Of a stretch of 64,000 nt of DNA, positions 1-7,508 are shown one piece after another. This stretch comes from Flavobacteriales bacterium (GTDB lineage Bacteria; Bacteroidota; Bacteroidia; Flavobacteriales_D; Sanyastnellaceae): assembly GCA_965247015.1 (NCBI GenBank), contig CBDFGG010000005.1, positions 24,660 to 88,659 on the forward strand, given 5' to 3'. The notes under the pieces are model-generated. The model saw nothing but the letters and a program-made list of their open reading frames with translations, ran no database searches and was not told the origin of the DNA. Numbering within the stretch: the first letter of the stretch is position 1; each line of letters opens with the position of its first letter. The translations under genes were made by a program, and so were the position numbers.

Positions 1-1787
1 TCAATCTCGGGGGGTTTGGATATTTATCTATAGATGTGATGAGATGCGATAATTCAGGTTTACTTCTGACAGGTAGAGCCAACTCGAGTTCCAATTTTAA
101 TTTTTCTAATCTCCCTTTTCCGAACATTGAAAGTTTACAAGAAGGTTCAAAGTTATTCTTATCTCGTTATGATTTTGAAGGTTTTCCATCATGGGTTGTA
201 TTGGGGTCAAGTTTAATTGTAGATGGTGTAGTAGGGGGAAATAAGGTAATGGCAGGCTTTCAAGGATGTACGAATTGCCAATTCATAGATGGTTTAAGTA
301 ATGAATATCAATTTAATGAGACCTTCCAAGAAGCTGTTCTGCTGGCACTGGATGAGACTTCGGGTGAATTGAATAGTAGCAAACCTTTGCTCACTACTGG
401 ATTATCATTAATCGAAAGTGTTGATTACAGCTCACACTTGAATGAAACGTCTTTCTCACTTTTTTTTACAGGGGATCTAGATTTCCAATGGCAAGGTTCA
501 ACACCTAATTTGGTTCAAGCTGAGTATAGGACGGGTGCTGTGGTCAGTTATAATAGCGTTCTAGAAAATACATCTTTAATCACTTTAAATCCAATAGGCT
601 TTCAGCCCTCTTGGAATTCATGTCGTTCGATTAGATATGATAATGATGGTAATTTATATTGTTATTTCTTTACTAGTGAAGGGGATTATAATCTAAAGAT
701 CAACAATTCTGAGTATCCTATTAATGTCGATGCGCCAACTGATTTAATAATATTAAAGGTTGACAATATGAAGCGTCTTTGTTGGGTCAAAAATTTAAGT
801 ATGAATGGCTTTGCAAACTCTAGGCATTTGAATATTGATAAAAATGGATATTTATACTTTTCTGGGAGCTATAACGAAGAGCTAGTGATTGAGGAAGATG
901 ATGTTTCTCTTTTTGCAGCATTTTCAGACAATGCTGGTTTTTTATCAAGTTTTACTCCCGAAGGTTCGACGCTTTGGTGTCATTCTATTTCTGATCAAAC
1001 AAATTCTACAGTATTCGATTTAGTGGTAAACTCTCAACGTGAAATGTATGTAAGTGGGGACTTCGTTGCATTTGGAGTTGACTTCGATTTTAATCCTGAT
1101 GTGGTGGTAAATTTAGGTCCAGGTAATCAGAAGGATCCCTTCATTGCCAAATATCAATTACCTGAAATTACTCCCGATTTATTTGTATCGAAGAGATATG
1201 AAGGGGTGGGCGTTTCTGAAGATGGCGCAACTGACTTGATTCGATTGAGATTATCAAGAGTTCCGGAGTCCTCAGTTTCTGTTGAACTAACACCAGATGA
1301 ACAAATCAATTTAGGCAATGGTGTCGGTGTTCCAATAGTATTAGAATTCGCTGCAGATGACTCCTCGATTTTAGAACAAGTCGTCAATATATCAGCGTTG
1401 AATGATCTAGTAGTTGAGGGATTGCATTCAGGATTGATTTCCATTTCGATGACCAGTGCAGATGCTGCATTTAATAATTTATCAGAAAATCCAATAGCAG
1501 TATCTATCATCGATAATGATATCATCAGTGTTGACGAGATCAATGAATTTGGATTTTCTATGTCTCCAAATCCGGCTTCCAATTTCATTGATATCACTTC
1601 TACTAAAAAACTAGAGGCAGATGCTTCCATTGAAATCATTGATATGCAAGGCAGAAAGGTTCATTCACAAAATATGAACTCAAGTGTCACTCGAATCGAA
1701 GTATCCCAATTGGCTATTGGTTCTTACACTGTGGTAGTGAGCGCTGATAGCAAAGTGATTTGGAGAGAGGGGTTGCTAGTGAAATAG
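1..1787 (+). CDS. Secreted beta-propeller (SBBP-like) and Calx-beta-like protein with a C-terminal T9SS type A sorting domain; the 5' end probably lies outside the window
   Basis: The frame is open back to base 3; the ORF track starts at a GTG at 36. Repeats such as DNDGNLYCYF, DKNGYLYFSGSY and DPFIAKYQL are present. The C-terminal ~75 aa (SMSPNPASNFIDI...GSYTVVVSAD...LLVK) resemble a Por secretion tail. Confidence 0.75.
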   Translation, partial: NLGGFGYLSIDVMRCDNSGLLLTGRANSSSNFNFSNLPFPNIESLQEGSKLFLSRYDFEGFPSWVVLGSSLIVDGVVGGNKVMAGFQGCTNCQFIDGLSNEYQFNETFQEAVLLALDETSGELNSSKPLLTTGLSLIESVDYSSHLNETSFSLFFTGDLDFQWQGSTPNLVQAEYRTGAVVSYNSVLENTSLITLNPIGFQPSWNSCRSIRYDNDGNLYCYFFTSEGDYNLKINNSEYPINVDAPTDLIILKVDNMKRLCWVKNLSMNGFANSRHLNIDKNGYLYFSGSYNEELVIEEDDVSLFAAFSDNAGFLSSFTPEGSTLWCHSISDQTNSTVFDLVVNSQREMYVSGDFVAFGVDFDFNPDVVVNLGPGNQKDPFIAKYQLPEITPDLFVSKRYEGVGVSEDGATDLIRLRLSRVPESSVSVELTPDEQINLGNGVGVPIVLEFAADDSSILEQVVNISALNDLVVEGLHSGLISISMTSADAAFNNLSENPIAVSIIDNDIISVDEINEFGFSMSPNPASNFIDITSTKKLEADASIEIIDMQGRKVHSQNMNSSVTRIEVSQLAIGSYTVVVSADSKVIWREGLLVK

Positions 1788-1896
1788 ATTCTCTCAATTC
1801 TCGAAATTTTCGATTCTCGATTCTCGATTCTCGATTCGCAATTCGGAATTAAAATCTCGATTCTCGAATTTCGAATCTTTGAATTTCGAATCTCGA
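1788..1896 (+). repeat. Degenerate 7-bp tandem array (GATTCTC/GAATTTC/GAATCTT units, about 15 units) starting directly after the stop codon at 1785-1787
   Basis: Direct reading: attctcgattctcgattctcgattcgcaattcgg...gaatttcgaatctttgaatttcgaatctcga. Confidence 0.9.
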
Positions 1897-1993
1897 TGTG
1901 GCTTGCGTTAGGGATTGTAGCGGAAATCCTTTTTTGAACGAAGTGAAGAAAAGATTGGAGCGGAAAGCCCGGCCGAAGGCAACGCCCAGAAAA
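1897..1993. other. GC-richer unique core between two heptamer arrays; it holds a 17-bp direct repeat (GATTGTAGCGGAAATCC / GATTGGAGCGGAAAGCC) spaced 40 bp apart
   Basis: The copies lie at 1913-1929 and 1953-1969 and match at 15 of 17 positions. No credible ORF is present. Confidence 0.6.
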
Positions 1994-2017
1994 CGATTCT
2001 CGATTCTCGAATTTTTT
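1994..2017 (+). repeat. Short second GATTCTC heptamer array on the right of the core
   Basis: cgattctcgattctcgaatttttt. Confidence 0.8.
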
Positions 2018-2057
2018 GACTATTCTTGATTGTTATAATTCATCTTTATCTCACACT

Positions 2058-3371
2058 ATGACTCCATTAATTAAAAGGTTGATTCAATTATTTTTATTTG
2101 TTTCTGTTGCTTCTAATGCGCAGGCTCAGAAGCAGTCCATAAAAATTGTGACGAGTGATATTGATCATTTTTGGGAGGCGTATGATAAGATCACGTCGAG
2201 CTCTGACAGTCTTGAAAGAATAAAATTGATTAATGAATTATACATCAATCGCGGTTCGGAGGGGCTCAAAGGACTCATGGCTGCTCGCGATTACAAAGAT
2301 TATGAATATGTTGAGGCAATTCTTACATATCCAAAATACTGGAACTCTATTCGAGGTAATCAACGGAATATGCTTAAGGATGCAGGTGTGGCAGAAAAGT
2401 ATTTTGAAGAATTAAAAAGAATTTATCCTGACTTAAAAGATGCGACGGTCTATATATCCATAGGTGTTTTCAGAAGCGGTGGTACTTACATGAATGGGAA
2501 CGTGCTCATTGGAGGGGAATATTTCCTTGCCAATGAAAATGCAGTTATCGATGAACTACCTGAAAGGATTCAAACAGCTATCAAACTTTCAGTTCCTTAC
2601 AATTTTCCTCTTACTGCATTACATGAATTAATTCACACGCAACAAAAGCCTTGGGAGAATAATACTATCGTACACATTTGTATAGCAGAAGGTGTGGCAG
2701 AATTTATTTCAACTTTAATTGCCCAGGCACCTCTCTCAACTGCAGTAAAATTCGGAAAGGAAAATAAAGAAAGAGTGATTCATCAATTTATGAAAGAGGT
2801 GGTTCGTGATAGCGATGTATGGAATTGGGTTTGGAATGCAAATGAAAATGAGTTAGGCGTTCGAGACTTGGGATATTACATCGGATATGAAGTGTGTGAA
2901 ATTTATTATAATCAAGCATTGAATAAAGAACAAGCAATTAAAGAATTGATAGAGTTGGATTATAATGATGAACGCGCGTTTGCGAAAATACTGGATGATT
3001 CGAAATTTCTACCACTTACTTGGGCACAGATTGGTGAGGAATACGAAGCTCAAAGACCGCGAGTGATTGATTTTGGTGCAATTGTAAATGGTGCGCAAAA
3101 TGTACCTGTAGACACAAAACTCTTAACGGTAGTATTCTCTGATGAAATGAGCGATTGCTGTCGAAACCTCGATATTGATGAAAATTTTGATGGTGAAATC
3201 TTGCGGATTAGTAAGTTCCTTGGAAGGTCTGACGATAAGCGGAAATTTAATTTCGAGCTCGAACCTTTGAAACCAAATACAAGATATCATCTTATTATAT
3301 CAGGTTTTGCTAAAGAGGACGGCTTGAATCAAAGCTTGCCATATCGATTAGAATTTAAGACGGGGGGGTGA
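2058..3371 (+). CDS. Secreted putative Zn-dependent protease (HExxH, DUF2268-like) with a C-terminal Ig-like domain
   Basis: The HELIH motif sits in LTALHELIHTQQ. A signal peptide (MTPLIKRLIQLFLFVSVASNAQA) begins at the internal ATG at 2058. The track start at 2016 is a TTG inside the repeat. Confidence 0.6.
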   Translation: MTPLIKRLIQLFLFVSVASNAQAQKQSIKIVTSDIDHFWEAYDKITSSSDSLERIKLINELYINRGSEGLKGLMAARDYKDYEYVEAILTYPKYWNSIRGNQRNMLKDAGVAEKYFEELKRIYPDLKDATVYISIGVFRSGGTYMNGNVLIGGEYFLANENAVIDELPERIQTAIKLSVPYNFPLTALHELIHTQQKPWENNTIVHICIAEGVAEFISTLIAQAPLSTAVKFGKENKERVIHQFMKEVVRDSDVWNWVWNANENELGVRDLGYYIGYEVCEIYYNQALNKEQAIKELIELDYNDERAFAKILDDSKFLPLTWAQIGEEYEAQRPRVIDFGAIVNGAQNVPVDTKLLTVVFSDEMSDCCRNLDIDENFDGEILRISKFLGRSDDKRKFNFELEPLKPNTRYHLIISGFAKEDGLNQSLPYRLEFKTGG

Positions 3372-3461
3372 GATTCGAGATTCTCGATTCTCGAATTTCG
3401 AATTTTGAACTTTGAATTTTTGAATTTTCGAATTCTGAATCTTTGAATCTCGAGTTCCTGA
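3372..3461 (+). repeat. Degenerate 7-bp tandem array (GATTCTC/GAATTTC/GAATTTT/GAATCTT) starting at the base after the stop codon at 3369-3371
   Basis: gattcgagattctcgattctcgaatttcgaattttgaactttgaatttttgaattttcgaattctgaatctttgaatctcga. Confidence 0.9.
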
Positions 3462-3470
3462 TTTTTGTTT

Positions 3471-3478
3471 TATTCTTG
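3471..3478 (+). promoter_or_regulatory. Near-consensus Bacteroidota -7 box (TATTCTTG), 4 nt upstream of the bla ATG
   Basis: Reads TATTCTTG-attc-ATG(3483). The same tattcttgatt string follows the array at 2021-2031. Confidence 0.35.
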
Positions 3479-3482
3479 ATTC

Positions 3483-4379
3483 ATGAAATATTCAACTTTA
3501 ATCATTTTGGCTGTTTTGATGTTCTCGGGTTGCGCAGAGCGGGAAGTGACGCCGCATCCGCTGCGGGAGAAGATTCAAGCAATTATAAAAGATAAAAAAG
3601 CGAAGGTCGGGGTTTCGATTATTGGCCCTAAGAAGGGCGATACGCTTGCATTTTTTGGTGAAGATAAATTCCCATTGCAAAGTGTATTCAAGTTTCATAT
3701 TGCAACCGTAATGCTTTCTGAAATTGATAAAGGGAATTTTTCTTTGGATCAAGAAATATTGATTTCAAAAGATGAATTACTACCTGGGATGTATAGTACC
3801 CTTCGCGAAGACTTTCCTGAGGGTGGCAAATTCACCATTTCTAGGCTCATAGAGTACATCGTGTCGGAAAGTGATAATGTGGGTTGCGATGTGCTTCTAA
3901 AGTTACTTGGTGGGCCCGAAAAGGTCGCCTCGTACTTTCATGAGCAAGGATTTAAAAACATCCAACTTCGATGGAATGAAGAAAATATGCAAATGGAATG
4001 GTCTAGAATGCTTGATAATTGGACCACTCCAAATTGTGCGACACAACTGCTCGAAGCTACTTTCCTCAACAAAAACAAGATGCTCTCGCCGTCAAGTCAT
4101 GCCTTCCTGTGGAAGGTGATGAAGGAAACAAGCACTGGAAAGGGTAGAATGAGAGGTCAATTATCTGAAAATACCATAGTGGCGCACAAAACGGGCTCTT
4201 CAGGAACAAGTGATGCAGGTGTGACGGATGCTACAAATGATATGGGGATTGTTTTTCTTCCTGATGGACGATATTTCATCCTCACGGTTTTTGTCACTAA
4301 CTCCAGAGAGAATGACGAAACGAATGAAAAGATAATTGCTGATATTGCGAAGGCAACTTGGGATTATTATAACCACTGA
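3483..4379 (+). CDS. Class A beta-lactamase (Bacteroidota CfxA/CepA/PER-like lineage), lipoprotein
   Basis: SxxK motif (SVFK in LQSVFKFHIA), SDN motif (SESDN), KTG motif (HKTGSS), an omega-loop Glu region (WNEENM), and a lipobox (MFSGC). Confidence 0.85.
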   Translation: MKYSTLIILAVLMFSGCAEREVTPHPLREKIQAIIKDKKAKVGVSIIGPKKGDTLAFFGEDKFPLQSVFKFHIATVMLSEIDKGNFSLDQEILISKDELLPGMYSTLREDFPEGGKFTISRLIEYIVSESDNVGCDVLLKLLGGPEKVASYFHEQGFKNIQLRWNEENMQMEWSRMLDNWTTPNCATQLLEATFLNKNKMLSPSSHAFLWKVMKETSTGKGRMRGQLSENTIVAHKTGSSGTSDAGVTDATNDMGIVFLPDGRYFILTVFVTNSRENDETNEKIIADIAKATWDYYNH

Positions 4380-4384
4380 TTTCT

Positions 4385-5011
4385 ATGTACCACTTCTCTT
4401 ATTTCAAAGCAAAAGACCAACAAGAAATTTTGGAGTTCATGAATGAACATCCATTTGTTTTTTTAACAAGTAGTACAACAGCAGGGAAACCGGTGGCGAC
4501 GCAGATTCCGGTCATTATTGAAGAAAGGAACGGTGAGCTTTTTCTTCAAGGTCACATCATGCGAAAAACGGATCATCATAAATGTTTTGAGGAGAACGAA
4601 AATGCATTGGCGGTATTCACCGGTCCTAGTTGCTACGTGAGTGCTTCATGGTACAGCGATCAAAGCATGGGATCTACTTGGAATTACATGAGTGTTCATG
4701 CGGAAGGTAAAATTCGATTCATGTCTGCTGATGAACTGCTTACTTTCATGCGAAAATTCACACTGAAATTTGAAGGTGGAAATACAGCATCCAAAACGAA
4801 CGTGGACAATCTCGCTCCAGCATATCTCGACAAAATGATGCCGGCGATCGTTGGTATCGAAATTAAAATTGAACGCTTAGAAAATGTTTTCAAACTCAGT
4901 CAAAACAGAGATGAAATTAGTTTCAAGAATATCCTCCAAAAACTAGAAGCCATCGGCGGCGAAAGCGCGATGGTAGCGGGGGAGATGAGGAGGAGGGTGG
5001 TTGTCGGCTAA
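4385..5011 (+). CDS. paiB: FMN-binding negative transcriptional regulator, PaiB family
   Basis: The N-terminus (MYHFSYFKAKDQQEILEFMNEHPF), the WNYMSVH segment and the FKLSQNR motif are typical of PaiB/FMN_bind_2 proteins. Confidence 0.75.
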   Translation: MYHFSYFKAKDQQEILEFMNEHPFVFLTSSTTAGKPVATQIPVIIEERNGELFLQGHIMRKTDHHKCFEENENALAVFTGPSCYVSASWYSDQSMGSTWNYMSVHAEGKIRFMSADELLTFMRKFTLKFEGGNTASKTNVDNLAPAYLDKMMPAIVGIEIKIERLENVFKLSQNRDEISFKNILQKLEAIGGESAMVAGEMRRRVVVG

Positions 5012-5082
5012 CGGCTAACGGCTTGCGGCTATCAGCTAGCGGCTTATGGCTATTGGCTTATGGCTTTTGGTTGTCGGCTTGG
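4999..5082 (+). repeat. Exactly 12 tandem heptamers of the GGCTAAC type; unit 2 contains the paiB stop codon
   Basis: ggttgtc ggctaac ggctaac ggcttgc ggctatc agctagc ggcttat ggctatt ggcttat ggctttt ggttgtc ggcttgg. Confidence 0.95.
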
Positions 5083-5131
5083 TTTGCATGAACTAAATGT
5101 GACACGGGATGTTTTATTTTTTTACACTACT

Positions 5132-6175
5132 ATGAAATACTATCTACTACTCATCTTTTCATTTTTCGCTTCTTCATTGTTTGGTCAGGGAGAGGATTAT
5201 CAGGCGGTTGTAAAAAGGTATAGCGAGACGCAAGGGTTTAGTGGGGTGGTGCTGGTGGCGAGCGAGGGCAAGCCTGTCTTTATTGGAAGCATCGGCGTGG
5301 CGGACAGAGTTGCAATGACACCTATTACCAATCAATCTAAATTTCGGATTGCTTCGGTTACCAAAACTTTTACTGCGGTAATCATATTAAAATTACTGGA
5401 AGAAGGAAAGCTTGATTTGAAAGCTACCATCGGAAAGTACTATTCGACATATAAAGGCGAAGGCAGAGATAAAGTGACGATCGAACAATTACTCACCTAT
5501 AGTTCTGGAATTCCTAATGACGCTGATTCTAACGGACTGCAATCCTATCAAATGAAGCTTTCTATTGACGATTACATTTCAAAATATTGTAGTGGGAATT
5601 TGGCCTTTACTCCAGGGACATCGAGCAACTACAGCAATACGGATTATATTATTCTCACAAAAATTATTGAAAATATTACAGCACGACCCTATCAAAAAGT
5701 ACTACACGATTACATTTTGACACCGCTCAGCATGTCCAATTCGGACATGATTTATGATGGTGTTAAAATAGAAGGGCTCGTTCAGAATTATCTTGTAGAC
5801 AGCACTGGCGCTGCTACTCCCGAGGAGTTATATTTTGCTGAGAATTATTTTGGTGCAGGAGCAATGTATAGTACTGCGGAGGATTTATTGAAATTTGATC
5901 GTGCTATTTTCGACGGCACACTTTTGAAAGCATCGACTTTAAAAATGATGATCGCACCAAATGATGAATTAGGCGGTGTTGCTTTTGGTGTATGGTACGC
6001 TGGCGGATATGGTATTTTCGATCGCCCCTTTATTTATCGCACGGGTGGTATTCAAGGAGCATGTTCCAATTGGATTCACACTATCGATGATAATAAGACG
6101 ATTATTGTCTTGAGTAATACCAATGGCACTAATCTATATGAACTATCAGGGAGTTTGTATGAGGTGGTTAAATAG
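5132..6175 (+). CDS. Secreted serine hydrolase of the beta-lactamase / PBP4-like (class C fold) family
   Basis: SxxK motif (SVTK in FRIASVTKTF) and a YSN motif (NYSNTDY). The signal peptide (MKYYLLLIFSFFASSLFGQ) starts at 5132. The track start at 5060 lies inside the heptamer array. Confidence 0.8.
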   Translation: MKYYLLLIFSFFASSLFGQGEDYQAVVKRYSETQGFSGVVLVASEGKPVFIGSIGVADRVAMTPITNQSKFRIASVTKTFTAVIILKLLEEGKLDLKATIGKYYSTYKGEGRDKVTIEQLLTYSSGIPNDADSNGLQSYQMKLSIDDYISKYCSGNLAFTPGTSSNYSNTDYIILTKIIENITARPYQKVLHDYILTPLSMSNSDMIYDGVKIEGLVQNYLVDSTGAATPEELYFAENYFGAGAMYSTAEDLLKFDRAIFDGTLLKASTLKMMIAPNDELGGVAFGVWYAGGYGIFDRPFIYRTGGIQGACSNWIHTIDDNKTIIVLSNTNGTNLYELSGSLYEVVK

Positions 6176-6704
6176 CTTGTCCTAGCGACGGTTCGTCGAT
6201 TAGTTTCAGCAACACATATTTATCCCAGAAGTCAGCGCTTTGGGCGCGCTCTTCGGGTGTTTGATTGCGGTGGGGAAAGGATTCCGATTTATTGCCGGGA
6301 TATGCGGTGATGAGAAAATAGCGATCTTTCTTTTTTTCAACCACGATGCATAGGTACTGGGTCTTTTTAAATTCTTTTACGAGTCCAACCTGAATCAAAA
6401 AACCATCGCGCGTTTCTTTTTGAATGGCTTCTTCGGGGAGTTCACTCTTCAAGGCGATCCCTATATTACCGACGTAATCATGCTCCGAGCAATGAAAGAT
6501 TCTGACTTCTCTGTTCTTTGGTTGCTTGTAGGTATGAATAGGGGTGTGGCTATTCGCGTAGTGAATGATGCTATGGATGTGAGGAAAAACGTCATGATTA
6601 AAACTACTGCCAGCAGCATTTTTATCAAAATGTCGAAATACATGTCGTAGTCTTCTTTCTCGGATCGTGATCATTTTATTTGCCACTGTTTGATTTACTA
6701 CCAT
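6168..6704 (-). CDS. Hypothetical His-rich protein, last gene of protease cassette 1
   Basis: 178-aa ORF that overlaps the upstream barrel gene by 7 nt; an alternative ATG lies at 6674. No family is recognised with confidence. The C-terminal ...YLCIVVEKKKDRYFLITAYPG is only vaguely like RelE/BECR-type folds. Confidence 0.5.
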   Translation of the reverse strand: MVVNQTVANKMITIRERRLRHVFRHFDKNAAGSSFNHDVFPHIHSIIHYANSHTPIHTYKQPKNREVRIFHCSEHDYVGNIGIALKSELPEEAIQKETRDGFLIQVGLVKEFKKTQYLCIVVEKKKDRYFLITAYPGNKSESFPHRNQTPEERAQSADFWDKYVLLKLIDEPSLGQAI

Positions 6705-7507
6705 GCAAAGCCAATGCTGTATGTCAATAATACAGCAAAAGCAACTGCACTCTCATAGTCATCCCCATTTCGGACTATTTTAGTGACGCTTGAACCAAAT
6801 TCGTTTTGAAGATCTAATCTACTGTAAGATGGGAATTGTAGTCTTCGAACCCCCAAGCCGAATGACACTCCATATATTGGAGGTTTGCGACCAGAACCTG
6901 TGTATTGGGACCTATATGCTAGAAATAAAGCGGAGTGAATCAGTTTTTCAGTGGAGGGTTCTGGATATACATTATTAAAGTTTCGCGAATCGTAGAGTTC
7001 GTTTGGAAATGTGTATTGTTGTGTTGACCATCTATAGATGAGTTCAAATCCTGTTCCGTCTAAATGTTCGTTGTATTCAAGGTTGAAAAAACGAAGACTT
7101 GCTTGAAAAAATGGTCCTAGACCAGCATGGCTAGACACTTCAAAATATTCATCGTAATCAAGTGCATTGCGGTTTTGAGCACCTCTAAACTCTGCATGAG
7201 CGCGGTCATTTATGAATCTTTTCATGACCAAATCCTCATAAAAATGATATCCCAAAGTTGTTGTGCATGAAATACCCTTAGGATGCAATTCGCGTTCATA
7301 TGTTGCGCTAATTAAAGATTTGGCCAGCAAAAAAGGTTCAAAATAGAATGCATTTCTTTTTACATTGGAGTTTTTTGATTTGTATTTTCCGCGTTCATCT
7401 AGCTCCATATTCTGCGGAGAATATTTCTTATCATCTCCTGTCTTTTGTGCTTTGACAGAAATTGTAAGTAGTAAGAAAATGAGTAGAGTCAAAGAAGATC
7501 GTAACAT
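6698..7507 (-). CDS. Predicted outer-membrane beta-barrel protein (cassette 1), paralog of 11147..11971
   Basis: Signal peptide (MLRSSLTLLIFLLLTISVKAQ), an alternating hydrophobic pattern, and a C-terminus ending ...TYSIGFAW. The ATG lies 1 nt after the protease stop (TAG-t-ATG). Confidence 0.6.
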   Translation of the reverse strand: MLRSSLTLLIFLLLTISVKAQKTGDDKKYSPQNMELDERGKYKSKNSNVKRNAFYFEPFLLAKSLISATYERELHPKGISCTTTLGYHFYEDLVMKRFINDRAHAEFRGAQNRNALDYDEYFEVSSHAGLGPFFQASLRFFNLEYNEHLDGTGFELIYRWSTQQYTFPNELYDSRNFNNVYPEPSTEKLIHSALFLAYRSQYTGSGRKPPIYGVSFGLGVRRLQFPSYSRLDLQNEFGSSVTKIVRNGDDYESAVAFAVLLTYSIGFAW

Positions 7508-7508
7508 A

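Noticed and set aside
1154-1639. 161-aa minus-strand ORF inside the T9SS cargo gene. Similar antisense or shadow ORFs occur at 35851-36474, 38922-39812, 41471-41860, 48000-48371, 49739-50110 and elsewhere.
   Set aside because: Each is fully embedded antisense in a longer ORF that has clear domain motifs. Their compositions are low-complexity or Ser/Cys-rich, which is typical of shadow frames.
1788-2017. A possible CRISPR array, considered because of the regular short repeats. The same applies to the other heptamer loci.
   Set aside because: The period is 7 bp with no unique spacers, the units are degenerate, and no cas genes are present. These are simple tandem repeats, not CRISPR.
2016-2057. 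Longer N-terminal extensions in the ORF track (2016, 5060, 19151, 20629, 24062, 24136, 25595, 25673, 32989, 33684, 35557, 44422, 52845).
   Set aside because: In each case an internal ATG gives a proper signal peptide or the conserved family N-terminus. Often it is also preceded by a TAnnTTTG box. Several of the extensions start inside repeats or overlap the divergent neighbour.
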